A DNA stretch of 64,000 nucleotides from Sarea resinae. Its lineage: Eukaryota. The translations under genes and the position numbers were made by a program. A model generated the notes under the pieces. It was not told where the DNA came from and did not search any database. It worked only from the letters and a program-made list of their open reading frames with translations. The stretch covers positions 124,001 through 188,000 of the forward strand of contig JAPEUD010000047.1 in NCBI GenBank assembly GCA_026026165.1. Direction: 5' to 3'. Of the stretch, positions 1 to 13,224 are shown piece by piece (position 1 is the stretch's first letter; the number at the start of each line of letters is the position of its first letter).

Positions 1-3000
1 ATCTATTCCGAGTGCCGACAGGAAGGTGTCGGATTCAGCCCACGCGACGATGCGATCGTAACGCAAGTCGCGCTCTAAACGGCTTCTCTAGTGCAAAGCA
101 GTGCAGAGATGACGACAAAGATACTGACTCCGAAAAGATAGGAGTAGTAATAGAGATAATGGGGGAAGAGAGTGAGGAGAGACGGATGCTGAAAGAAAGG
201 AGGAAAGGAGAGAGATAGCAGCAGGAGCGCTCGTACTTATTGATTGAGTGGCAGCAAAAAATTTCTTAGTCTCTCGCTTGAACGATGAATGGAAGTCGGC
301 GGAGTACTTGCCTGAGGTACCTGAGGTACCAGTCGGCCTCGTACCCTTGCCGGCTCTACCTGACACTAAGCAGGGCTCAAGCCAAATTGGTTGGTCATCG
401 GAAGGCCATGGTGCAAGTCGATCTACTCGCTGTGTACTGCCTGATACGCAGTGCTCCGGGCTTCAATCAATGTATATTGCAGTGCCCTCTACCGCCCCAG
501 CCTTAACTCAGCCGAGGAGGGAAAAGGATGAGATCCAGGATCTTATTCATCTCATCTCACCGTCCCAATCATGTCCCGTCCCATCAGACATGGGCGCCCA
601 CTCTCTATCGCAAGACCGCGGACGGAGTACTTTGTGGCAAGTCACTTATCAGTTTGCCCCAAATTTGTAGGACGATACCGCAGGGCAGCCTTGAACTTTT
701 CTCTCCCTTTGAATTATTCGCTCATCGCTCATAGATTATCATCGATGCTCTCAGCTCACTGTTTCCACTTTCGTAGGAACCCTCTCCTATGAGATACTAC
801 CAAAGTGCACCTTGGCTATGCCGTGACCCTGTTTGGAGGATGCTGTAAGATGGATGGATGCTTTCCATCGGTCCTCTAATACTGAGTAGCACCGCGAACA
901 GAACGAAGTTCCTGTACCTACCGCAGTACTATCTTTCGCCCTTCTCATTTTTTTGCCACCTCAGCCCCCCCTCGTTCCCTTTCAACCCAAGGTACCTACA
1001 GTACATCTACCTCTTTCAAGTTTCATGCGTCAGGCTTCAGGCTAGACATTAGTCGCGTCGCTCTTGGTTGCCCTAGCCAACCAATTACAGGTCCTCAGAT
1101 GTAACCTTCTGGAACCCCGGCAACCCCCCTCGTCCCTCTCGTCGTTGCCGTTACTCGAATATTGTCAACAGGCTCGAATATCCCATGCCCTCCCAAATGG
1201 CCCTGCGTACTGCGCCGTACTCTGTACTCCCTAGGCCGGATCTTATCCCTTATCCTCCGCAACATGACAAAAGTCAATCGTTCGTCGGACGTGGCCCGAA
1301 GTATCTCCCCCGCCCTAGTCATGTCTCCATTCAACGGATCGAGTACCCGGTCGTCGTGGTCGACACTTAAGCCCCAACCAAAATAAATGCGTCATGCTAG
1401 TACCTTGTCGCCCTTCTACATTACACGCACGCCAAGGTACCCTCTTTGTCCTCTGCATTGATGATAATCTTAGTACTGGACGAGTACCCGTTGTTGTTGT
1501 GGGCGGATCCAATACTCAACATCATACCTTAACCGTTAGGTTGTTGATTGGTATGGGTGTCCCGAGGGCGCTTACCTACGACTGCAAGATGCAGGGCAAC
1601 ACATCACAGCGAACGTCCCTCATCCGCAGCATCCCATGATTGAAGCAGACATCTCCTTTACCGGAAAGCAATAAAAGCCACCAATTCTCGCTACAAGCCA
1701 TTGAGCCAGGATGCAAATACCGGAATGAACGAGATCCCTTTGATCCGGTCAGTCGTTGGGTACGGCAGCATCCATGGATCGCCGTGAACGAACCCTCCGT
1801 AGTCATTGCGTCGCATCAAATCATCTCATCTCAACCTTGAAGAGTCTAGAGTAGGTCAGATTTCCCCACGAAGAGCAAGCAGCGGCTGCAACAGAACACT
1901 CGTACTAGGCCGGAAGCATGTCTATCGCCATCTTACTTTGCTTCCCTCCTGTACAACCCAAATAGCCTCAAAGATGCCTGTCTGTCACCATTCCAGATCG
2001 GCGTGCCTCTCATTTCTGCCAGTTTCATGCGCCCTGCCTGACTGATGTCTTTCACTCAAGGGAAGCTGCATCGACCTCGGCCAGACATCCGCCCGCTGCT
2101 CTCCGAACCCCTAGGGGAGACAAGTTCCCTGCCAGGATCCATACTTTCCATGGATGTACAGGTAAGTACCTGACGTTCTATGCCATTGCCCCATACTGCG
2201 CAATACTCGGACAGACAAGTGCTGTACAAAGTACCGTCCTAAGTGTATCCGTACAGTACTGAATACCCTAGGTATGTACTCGCAATCACACTGCAGCGTT
2301 CTTCCTAGCGGTCCGCTATGCAAGGGCCCCCGTGATCGGGCGGTCTGGCCAGCCTTACCGGTGTCACCGATAGCCAGCGATATGAACCCATCAAAACAAC
2401 AAGAAAATGTGGTCGTGGCACTCGTGGACTCCACACCGCTGGCCGCTGGCCGTGACCTGTCCCCAACTGCTTCCGTTTCCACCCTATATCCACCTCGCCC
2501 CGCCACCTAGCATGGTTGTTGTCGTCGCTGATCACCCGCTTTACGTCTCGAAGAACTCGCTTTCAATATCGACCATCATCTAGACATCCTGTCGAAGTGC
2601 CGTCTTTGTTGATGAATGCATCATCAGCTACAAAAAGCATCTTCGTATCCAAACACCCTGTGTTGCTGAGAAACGTTGTCGAGGAGCAAAGGAGGATGCG
2701 TGCTTACTTCGCGCGCCCAGCTCTTTCCAGGAAGCCTTCTTCCGTCCTCGAAAATCCCGCGAGATAACAAAGATAGTGCAAAGTCCGAACGCGAATACCA
2801 GAGCTCTGCGAATGCGAACTCTTGGAGATAATTGATCAGCAGCGATGCGGTTCCAGAGAAAGCGCGGCTTCAACCCCAGATCTCAGGACGCAAAAGACGC
2901 AAGCGGTAACATCCCCGCCTTCCGCCTTCGCACCGCGAGCTCCAATCAATACCCAGCAACAGGTTTCTTCTTCTTCATGGCGCGCTGCCAGTACAAGGCC

Positions 3001-3845
3001 TACTCTTCCCACATAGGACCATCAAATATCTCAAGCCCAGCAGCCCGACAGAGGCATCACCACCATCAAGGCCCGATTCACTCAGCGCCCTTCAAGCCAT
3101 CTCTCTCCAACGCAAACCACGAAAAAAAGGCCCAAATCACAACCTTATACCTGGATCAGATATCAATCCATACCAATACCCTATCCATTCAACGCCATAT
3201 GTAATCGGCAAAGCTGCCAAGCGAGCGAGCACGACCGTACTAGCTACCCCTAAATTTCAGATGGCTAGCCCTCTGTACTGAGATTATACTTTTCATAGTG
3301 AACCATGCCAATTGCTGCAAGACTACAGTATTGTCCCCGTCTTCAGCTTTGTCTTTGGCGGCGGCGAGATGATGGAGCGGCCAAGGTTACCCAGGAACCG
3401 AAGTAATCACGTTCGGCGCTCGTCTACAATGGCTGATCTGCTTTGATTGAAGCCTCTGCTCACCGGATACGCGAGGTTGATGTTGATCCACTCTCGAGCC
3501 ACTGACGCCAGCCTGATTTTCTACTGAGAAGAGATACTTCACCAACATGGTCGCGCAGCATGCAATACATCTCAGCGTGCAGACGGAGACGTCTCCTTGA
3601 AGAATCGAAAAGAACTCCTGCTGGGCCATGAATCACGTAAAGTATATCACAAGCGGACTAGGTAATCATCAGGTGATCATAAATTCCATGCGTATTCGTC
3701 AAGTTACATGATGATAATATGGAGACAAAAAAATACCATGAAATAATGCCGGAACCAACACTTCCCTCCAATTCGTCTTCAACGTATTAGTACACGCTAC
3801 TGCTCGCCCAAAGGCGGACATTATGGAATGACCTGGACTCTTTGT

Positions 3846-5031
3846 CTAATCCGAATCGCTGCTGCTCCCCGAGCCATTCAGTCCGCGACTTCGGCTACGC
3901 GAGTGGTGATGGTGCTTCCGATGATGGTGGTGGTGGTGTCCCGAGCCGGAGGAGCCATTCGACGATCCAGGATACAGCCCTCCTACAGCTGCGGAGCTCC
4001 CGTAGGATGATCCTGGGCCATAGGCGAGGTCGCTCTCGTCGCGTCGCTCCTTCTTTTGTTTCTTCTTCCTACAGTGTGCGTAAGTATTCGCTCAATGGGA
4101 ATATGGGGTTGGGGGACGTTAAATGGGAGAAAATGAGAGGGATTCATACTTGTCATGACGGTGCTCCAGCGCATTTGCACCGACTGCGCCCGCAATGATA
4201 CCACCCAGAGTACCTAGAGCGCCACCACCGACTTCATGTCCAAGAAAACCGCCCTACATATAGTCAGTTTCTCTGGCTTTTCTTGCGAGATGTCCGCGTC
4301 GTGAACAGGGCAGATGAGCCAACTCACAGCAGCAGATCCAACCAGCGTAGCTCCCAAACCTCTTTCGCCCTCCTTGCCATCCGGTCCCGGTGCTCCCGTA
4401 GGCAGCGCTCCATACTCCCCACCTCTATAATCTTGCCCGTACGGTGGTTGCTGCTGGGGCGGATGTGCATACCCGCCGTGCTGCTGCACTGCGGAACCGG
4501 AGTAGTCGGAGTAATTGTTTTCGTAGCCTGGTTGGGGCGCGAGAGCTTGATTTGACCCGGATGGCGGCGGGCCGCTGTAGTAGTTTGGTGGTTGGTGTTG
4601 AGGCGCGTTTTGCTGATAAGGGTCATAGGGGCTTGGCTGATGAGAAGGATGATATGTTAGCTTCTGTCTGCTGATACTTCTTGCTTTGTTGCTCTCGTGC
4701 TTGCATGCTACGAGATTTCGCTTTTTCTTCCGTCAAACACTTCATGGGCAAAGGAACAACTTGTGCAAAGAACCCATTCTGGCGCTTCTTTTCGAGTCAT
4801 TCACAAACACGAAAGTTTAAATCTTGAACTGACCTGTCCCTGATAGCCCCCACCATGACCATACGGCTCTTGGGGCGGTCCTCCGTATCCGCCCCCGCCG
4901 TATCCACCTGCGCCGTATCCTGGGGCTCCTTGCGGAGGAGCGCCATATCCGCCGTGCTGTTGAGGAGGAGGACCGCCCGCGTAGCCGCCGTCATAGCCGC
5001 CGCCGCCGCTTCCGTAGTAGGGGTCTGACAT
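3846..5031 (-). CDS. Gly/Tyr/Gln/Pro-rich low-complexity protein with glycine-zipper (2TM-like) segment and His/Ser-rich tail, ~277 aa, 4 exons
   Basis: Exons 5031-4834, 4636-4328, 4253-4150 and 4068-3846 are joined by GT-AG introns into one frame: MSDPYYGSGGGGY…ERGLGATLVGSAA/GGFLGHEVGGGALGTLGGIIAGAVGANALEHRHDK/KKKQKK…GHHHHHHRKHHHHSRSRSRG…DSD*. Confidence 0.8.
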
Positions 5032-5687
5032 GTCTTCTTGTTGCTGTTGTGAAATGGGTGTCTATGTGTCTTGATAGTTGTGGTGAGGTGAGAAAAAGTG
5101 TCGAGAGTCGAGGGACTGAGAAGATGGATGCAAAGAGGAGTGTTTTGCTGTGATGTGATGGGTATCAGTGCAGATGATGGTGAAACGAGCTGAGCTCAGC
5201 TGAAGGTTCGAGTTGGTACGGTAGGTGATGAGGTGGATGAGGTAAGGTAAGGTGTGGTATGTATGGAACCAACGTATGTAAGGTAGGCTGCAGTATGTAG
5301 ATTAGGCAGATTAAATTGAAAAGGTAAGGTAGGTAAGGTAGGTAGGTAGGTCTGCAAGTGAGCAGCTTTATTTATTGGCAGAGGAGTGGTCCGGAGTACG
5401 CTTGGGAGGGAGGCCGGCGGCGGGGGAGGGGTAATCTTCACGTCAAATCACTGGCATCACCTGCAGACGTCACCTCGGCCATAGTGGTGGCGCCAAGCGC
5501 ATACTGTAGGCAGTCAGCACCGCCCGCACCTGGATCGATCACGACAGCCGTGGTAGGGCAACCGTGGCGCGGCCACCGAAGTATCGATGTGAAAATTCCT
5601 CTTAGAGATCACGGCGCCGATCAAGGCATACTCGAACTTTCCATGGATGCCGAAGATTGCCTCAGGTACCGACCTTAGGCAGGCACC

Positions 5688-5735
5688 GGCCAGACAGGCA
5701 AGCAGGCAGGCAGGCAAGCAAGCAAGCAGACAGGC
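5688..5735. repeat. Imperfect (CAGG/CAAG)n tetranucleotide microsatellite
   Basis: The sequence reads cagacaggcaagcaggcaggcaggcaagcaagcaagcagacagg. Similar (AGGT)n and (GAAC)n tracts lie at ~5323-5351 and ~5819-5854. Confidence 0.8.
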
Positions 5736-7137
5736 CGCATGCACGTATCACAGGTGCGGCTGAGCTGAGTCGCTTCGTCACTACTGCGGAATACATACAG
5801 TCCGGAGTAGTTGGGCCGGAACGAACGAATGAACGGATGAGCGAACGAACGAACTCTGCATCTGTGAATACTGTAGATTAATGCAACTCATCATCGATCT
5901 GGGCTGGTCCGGCACCGTGCATGGCATGGCATGGCATACTATTACTGCGCAGCTCGGCTCGACCGTCAACCGTCGCCCGTCGCAGCTGGAGGTGTCCTCC
6001 CTTACGGAAGACTACGGCGTGACTAGAATAGTACGGAGGAGAGTAAGGTAAGGTAGCCTGGAGTCCATACTCGTTCATAGTGCTCTAGAGGCAAGGCAGG
6101 CACTGGCCGAGCCAAGCCAGGCGGGGCCATGTTGGGTACGGTAGGAGTAGGCTGCTGAGCCACCACCCCACCATCCTACCTACCGACCTGGCCAAACGGC
6201 ATCAAGAGGAAGACGAGAAAGGTCCCGAGAATTCGAGTCTTCATGGCCTCGTTGCGTGCTCCCGATCCGTGCACAGCCTTACCACCTCCGAACGAACAAC
6301 TCTCCCATCGTCAAATCCGCCATTATCGCCATCGTCATTCTGTCCCTCCACCCTCTTTCCATGGTGACGATGATGGTGACGAATCATGGGACCGGATCGG
6401 ACCCTGGATCCCTGGACCCCTACGTTTAGTGCGCGGCTTCCAGAGTAGAGTACCGTAGCCTTGGACGAGATTACCTAAGCCTCTCCGTGGCTGTGCCCTG
6501 TCGAATCCGATGGAGGGAGGCGCACGACCAAGTCGGGCCGAACTTACTCGTCGAACTTCTCTTCAACAATGGAGATTTCTATTTTCATTCTAATATCATT
6601 TGGCCTAGCGGCGACTCTCCTTCCAATTCTGGTTGCATCGTCCAGACGGTCCTGACGGGGTCTTGTTTGGTGATGTGTTTTTCAATATATTCGAGGGCGC
6701 CACTACACATTCCCTTGTTGGCGATGCCTCATCAGTTCCCCATGTCGAGCAAAGCTGTTGCAATAATCAGTCGTGCACCGAGTTAGGTTCAGTGCACAAC
6801 CACCCAAGCAGTGTCACGGGATTTCGCAGCATATGAGATTCCTCAATGCTCGATTTGAAGGACGTGATTCAATGGATAAGATGCTAAGAGAAAATTACTG
6901 ATACACCGTGAAAAAGAGCTGATCAGGGTATCTGACTTGACGCCGACAAGGAAGCAACAGCTTCAACGCCACCGCATGACCTCCACCCATGGTAAATAAT
7001 GAATTGTCATGCTCAATCTCATGACGGGTCCTACGGGTCCACGGCCTTCTTCGCAGACCCCAATGAATCCGTACACGGACTCGACAATACCAATAAGGAT
7101 AAATGACTCGACAACTGGAGATGATCCTGCCGATAAG

Positions 7138-9351
7138 CTAGCAAGCACTCTTTCTAGCGCTCCTCCTTGGTGGTGACACGTGAAAGGTCTCTTCCCCTCC
7201 GGTATCCTTGTTTGGTTCTTCGGCATCGTTGTCCACCCAAACTTCCAAAGCCCCCTTTCTGCGCTTACTGGGGCTAACGGAAGGGGCATGATCACGTTCG
7301 GGGCAAAGATAGCGTCGCTTGGATGGAGTGGATCGCCCACTCAAAGCACTGTCACTTCGCGGGGGAGTTGGGAACTGCAAGCTTTCGCGATCTTCCTCCA
7401 GCCTACTCTTTGTAGGAGTAACAAGAACTTTGTTCGTCGAGTCGGCGCCTCTTGCACGCAAAACAGTTCGACCGGCTTGCTCAGCAGGTACCGCGCAAAG
7501 CAATTCTGCTCTGATCTCTGAGACTGTTTTACGTGCTGCTCGTTTGGCCTTTTCTCGCTCCACTATCTCCTTCATGGACTCTTCTTCTCGGGCCTTCATC
7601 TGACCTTCGGGTTCAGCTTTTTGCTTAATCTGCCTCGACTGATTCTTCTTCTCCACCACACCTGTGACCAGTACGGACGCGTTTAAGGATCGTCTAGACT
7701 TCCTCGGCGCCGCTTTCCTTACAGCGTCCTTGCTCTCCACTATGGAATGTAAACCAGGCTCTAGGTCGATACCATTGAGGATAGCTATTCCTCCTGGGCC
7801 GAACGGCGCTGCAGTGTTGATTGCCGATGCGTTCGAGGTCTCCTGCTTCGGTTGTTTCCCGCCTGGCGCACCTTTCTGGGGGGATTTCCTTACTAATGTC
7901 TTGTGCATAGCGGGCACTTTCGGTAGTATGTTGGCAGCTTTCTCGGCAATTCTCTTCTCAATCACCTCTTTCATGGTCGGCTTTCTCGCAATGCTTATAG
8001 CCTGAGCCGGAATATTCTCTTTGTCGCTCTCTGAAATTGACTTCGTACGGTCTGCGGCTCTGGTCGGATCCTTCCCTCCGTACTTTGTCTTCGGCCGCTT
8101 ATTTCCGCTTGCGGTCTCCAATTTCAACTCGCCCTGCCGCAACCACAAATCTCCTCGACGTTCTTTGAGGTCAACTACCCATGTATCGCAATCCATTTCA
8201 ATCCACCAATCAATCACGTCATTCCAAACACTCTCAGGTGGCTTGGTGGCGTTGACGAAAATCACTTTCCCCTTTCCACGTCCACGAGCGTGAACTGATT
8301 TTGCGAATTCTCTCACTAAAACTTTTAAACCATGTACTCGGAGTGATGTCCCGAGGATCAGTAAGAGATCAGGCCCAAGGCTCAGGTCGCTGGTGGTCAT
8401 CGGTGAGAGTAGGCTTGCCATTGGATGTTCCTCCCCGTAGAGTACTACATTTGGCCGCAACAGCCCCACTGCAGTCCCCCTCTTACCCCGACCTCGGCGG
8501 TCATTGTCCTTCGAAGCACAGAATTGGCAGGGCGGTGATTTACCCCGTAGGAATGCCTCTTCTCGATCCTCATCGTCCCAACTGCACAACCGATGGCAGA
8601 GGCTGCAGCGAAGAACCTTCAGATCACCATGTAATTGCACAACCTCACAACCTCCATCCATCTCATGCCCTGGCAGGATTAGTGCATCAGGCCTAGCTTT
8701 CTCCACTACCTTTTTCATGAATCGAGCCTTGTTTCCCTTGCCCCGATTGAGGTCGAGATTGAGGCCCTCACGTGATTCGAGCCCGTCAATGTTCTGCGTA
8801 TAGCATCTGACCAATTTCCCTCCGTCTCGAAGCGTCCGTATGAACTTATGCGTCGGCGTAGTGTGCTGAACATCGAGAACCTTCCGTCGCAGCGACGTGA
8901 TAAATTTGCAGAATATCGACGTACTTTCTTCGCTCTTCCAAATCACAGAGTCAAAAAGGTCCTTTCCTTTGATGTTGCCGGGTAGACTATCTTTCCGACT
9001 GCGTTGAGAGAGTGTGGACTCTTGGGAAGAGCTGAACGTGTCATAAGTGTCTTCCAATGGAGTGGTTGGTCGCGTAGGATCGGGCGCAGAGAGCTTGCCC
9101 CCGAAGGCCGAATCATATTGGGACTGAATCAATGAATATAGGCCATCCTGGGAGCGAAAGTCCTGTTATGACTATCAGCACAGGGAAAAGTACCAGGACA
9201 TTCGCAGGTTTGATCATCTACTTACCGGAATGCCACAATTAGTGCTGATTCCTGCACCCGTAATCATAACGACTTTCTTCGCACCAGCCAAAGCGTCAGC
9301 AACATCTTGTAGATGTCGGTCATCCGTAGACTTGACGTCCAGGGTAGGCAT
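7138..9351 (-). CDS. HST3: NAD-dependent protein deacetylase, sirtuin Hst3/Hst4 type
   Basis: Exon 1 (9351-9226; MPTLDV…TGAGISTNCGIP), a 63-nt GT-AG intron, then exon 2 from 9162 (DFRS…). Sirtuin motifs present: GAGIS, YTQNIDGLE, QLHG, Zn ribbon CSLC…CQFC, LRPNVVLYGE and GTSL. Long basic C-terminal tail. Confidence 0.9.
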
Positions 9352-10958
9352 CTTTGACCATCTATACTCCCAATTTAAAGATGTTGCAGAGGCCCAATTG
9401 CACTAGGGTCGGTGCGCCGTACAGAGAATGTCTGAGAAGAGACTTGACATAAGACGAGACTTATAACACCATAGATGGCTTGTCCGTGATCCAGCAAAAG
9501 TATAATTGGTGATGCGTGAACGCGTCCTAGGTCGGCATATATAAACGAAATCAAGACCAGCTTGAAGAGTGGGTTATATCCATCATGATAGTAAATGGCA
9601 GGAGTGATGGCGAAAGTGAAGGCGATGACTGAGAGTAGCAGGAGGGACGAGCACGAATTGACTCCCTTGCAACAAACACAGTAAGGTAGCCGCGGTTTGT
9701 TGTGGAGGGTGGTTGTGGTGATCATGCATGGTTGAGCAAGCGTGCCCTGGGTTGGCTATCAGGGTAGCGCGTGTAAGTTTCGCGTGTGGGACGTGGGGTG
9801 CGTGACGAAGTCCGTGACAGCCCGAGACACAAAATAGACCACGCCCACGCCCTCCCAAGTACGGCCCATTGTCGAGACTCAGGTACTTTAAAGTAAGGTA
9901 TGATTTCACCTGCTAACTCTTTAGGCGTCAAATCACTTCCCAGATATCCGTATCAGCAATTAAGCGGTAATCGCACAAGTGTCTATATAACTATTACGAC
10001 GGGCTGCATCCTCTATTGACTGCATCCGGATGTGTGTGACACAGTAACATCTACCTAACGTTCGTGGCAGCTGTTAAACATGGGTGCAGGTTGCATCCTC
10101 ACCGCCAGTGTCCAGTATCCGTCCCCACCTCCAGCAGAGTCGTATAGAATCATAGCTCACCGAAGAGCCTCAAGAATGGCCGGGCTAGAAGATGCATAGC
10201 GATGACCTCTTCGCACAGACTGACCTCATGAGTGTCTCGGGCCGGACTAAAGATTTGGAATACATAGACATGGAAGACACCGGAACGGTAAAGATGGCTG
10301 CCCAGTAGCCGATCCAATGTGGCTTCCAATTGTTTGGGGACGAACGCACTTCTATGCCTTTCCTTCCCAAAGGGCCCCAAGGGATCCAGATCCCAGTGAG
10401 TATGTGTGTATGGAAGGCGTTCGCGAGCAAGGAAATGCCCCATATGTCTTCAGGCCCCTCGTCTGCACGGCTGCCCGAGTCCGATTCGTGGGGTACAGAT
10501 GAACAGAGACTGCAGGGCGAAAAGCAGCAGCGGAAGACATGGTCGAACAGCGAACAACGAACAACGAACAAAGAGCTGTCTGTACCTCATTCCGTACCTT
10601 ACTCCAGGGCTTGCAGCTTCAGCTGTCACCCAAGGTCCAGATTGCCCTCCTGAGCCGTCACAGGCCCTGGACTAGCGCAGGCATCGACTCCGCTGGCATT
10701 CATGTGCTACAGTAGTAGCATCCATGCAGTGAGCGCCACGCCATGCAATGTGATGCCATGCGGGTCAATTCCACTTCCATGCAGTGCAGGGTAGCGGTGG
10801 CGGTGATGGTCCAATTGTGTCTAGAGTTGTAGGTGTGCGTGCATCGATATGTTGAGCCCGAGACAAAAGAGAGGCTGAGAAGATCATTGATGCTATTGGG
10901 GGGAGCCGATGTTTCTCACGTTCTGGGACAACCTAGGACGTTGTGGATTTCCTTTTCT

Positions 10959-11025
10959 GGATGCAATGACGCATGGACGCATGGACGCAATGGACGCAAT
11001 GGACGCAATGGACGCAATGGACGCA
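10959..11025. repeat. Tandem repeat of 8-9-bp unit GCA(A)TGGAC, ~7 copies
   Basis: The sequence reads gcatggac gcatggac gcaatggac gcaatggac gcaatggac gcaatggac gca, ~360 bp upstream of the hydrolase ATG. Confidence 0.9.
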
Positions 11026-11386
11026 TCAATGATCCATGTATCCCAATCGCACGGATTCATCTGCTGCAGTGAATCTGCTCTTCATGTATCTGGATCCCAG
11101 AAACTATGCTATCACCTCAATCCCTCACCGGAAGTTCATCTATGTTTTTTTCCCTTCTTCCAGTGAATGGTGCATTTTCGTCTATATTAATGGCCTGCCA
11201 TCGCCATTGTGGCCCTCTTCTCTTCTCTTCTCTTCTTCTCTTCATCTTTACATCTTCTGCTCTCACAACTGTGCTCGTCTTTGGAATCGATTCCAATATT
11301 TATTGGCTTGAACAAGCCTCATCAGTGCCCGAGGCGGACAGTATCTTTCTCTGAACCCACGTCCACGGATCATCAATACTGCAATC

Positions 11387-12798
11387 ATGTTTCTTCATCT
11401 GCTTCTGATATTGTTGCTTATTGCTATCTTTGGCACGGTCGAGGGCAAGACATGCACGAACCTCACCATCCCTGTGCAGATCTCAGCTCGCACCGGTATC
11501 TTCAACATCCCCACTCTCGCCAGTAATCTGGATGCAGTGGCGTTCTCTTTGAACGTCACGAACATCCAAGGCAACTTCTCACAGACCTCACTTTTGGGAT
11601 ACAGGACCACAACTGGCGAGTACAATATTAGTGCCAAATTGTGTCAGCCAGAGAAAGCGAATGCATCCACGAGGGAAGTCGTTCAGTTCTTGACTCATGG
11701 CATTGGGTTCGATAAGACGTAAGTAGTCCTTTTCTGCATTTCGTTGATTTACTTAGCTAAGCTCAGCGCCGACTAACCTCACATTACAGATATTGGGACC
11801 TGCCGTTCAACAACTACAATTATAGCTACATCGACGTAGCAGTAGATCAATTTGGCTTCAGCACCCTCAGCATCGACCGCCTAGGCATCGGTAATTCCTC
11901 CACCGGTGATGCTCTTAACACCATTCAAGCTCAATCCGAACTCTCGGCCATCTACGAGATCACCAAGATGCTTCGCCAAGGCACTCTCCCTGGCACACCA
12001 GAATCATTCAAGAAAGTAGTACACGTTGGCCACTCCTTCGGCTCAGCCCTCTCATACAGCCTCGCAAATCAATACCCCAATGAGACTGACGGCCTAATTC
12101 TTACTGGGTTCTCCCTGAATGGTACATGGCTTCCGGCGACCGTCGCAGGCTGGAACTCCAAGATCGCCTCCCTGGATCAACCCCTCCGATTTGGCAACGT
12201 CAGCGCTCAAACGCTTCAATACCTTAGCTCAAAGGTTGGCAATAATGCCACCTACACGGCAATTACGCAGATCTTCAAGGACCTAGGCCTCTCATACTCG
12301 ACCCTAAAGCAGCTGGCCACAACCTCTGACATCCTCGATTTCTTGGCGGGCGCCAACTCAACGCCTCCTGTGGTCCCGGCCAATCTACCCACCGGCTACC
12401 TAACCTGGTCCGACATCACCGCGAATCTGTACGCCTTCCTCGCCCCGCGCTACTTTGACCCGGCCGTCCTCACCTACGCCGAAACCCACAAGCAACCGTA
12501 CACGCTGGGCGAAGTGCTCACGCTGCCTTCTGTGCCAGCATCGGCGCCCGAATTCAAAGGCCCCGTGCAGATAGTTACAGGAAACCAGGACGCCATCTAC
12601 TGCGGTGGCGACTGCTTTTCCACCGGCGTTAGCGATATCACTTCCATCCCTGCGGCAGCCAAGAAGTCCTTTCCCCACGCATCCGTCTTCGAAACCCTCA
12701 TCCAGCCGAACACTGGGCACGCGCTGAATATCCATTACAACTCAACCGCTGCGTTTGTAGCGATCCAGAAGTTCGTGAAGGCGCACGTGTGTGCTTGA
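11387..12798 (+). CDS. Secreted alpha/beta-hydrolase fold protein, ~446 aa, 2 exons
   Basis: Hydrophobic signal peptide MFLHLLLILLLIAIFGTVEG. Intron 11719-11789 (GTAAGT…CTAAC…CAG) gives THGIGFDKTYWD. Nucleophile elbow GHSFG, acid in TGNQD, His in NTGHALN. Confidence 0.88.
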
Positions 12799-13224
12799 GC
12801 TTGAGCTTGACCTTGGCTCGCTCGTTGCTTTCGAGCTCACTTTGTTTCTCATTTTGCTCCTCCTTGCTCTTGCATAATTCATGACCTCATTCGACCGCAC
12901 AAACCAGCCATCCATACATTTGCCATTAGATATATGGTGGGTATATGCAACGTCGTTTGGAATCACGAGCCCTGGTTGACCTGGACAGACAGCACGAGCT
13001 AGCAAGTTTAGTAAAGAAAACAGGAACGAGATAGAGAGGAAGACCAGATAGCTAGCTAGCATTGGAAGTAAATTAGAGAGATTGAGGGAGGGGGAGATGT
13101 CACCTTGGTAAATTAGAAATCAAAACATAATTCAGGCTGTTCAAACTCAGCTTTACAACATCAAGTAAAATAGGTAATTGCAAACGTGTATGACTGGCAA
13201 CCTTCCCTTTCGAGTCTCTCGATC

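Noticed and set aside
1..3800. Short ORFs in the first 3.8 kb
   Set aside because: None is recognisable. The GA-rich 100-240 tract suggests the promoter or leader of a minus-strand gene starting left of the window, but this cannot be shown here.
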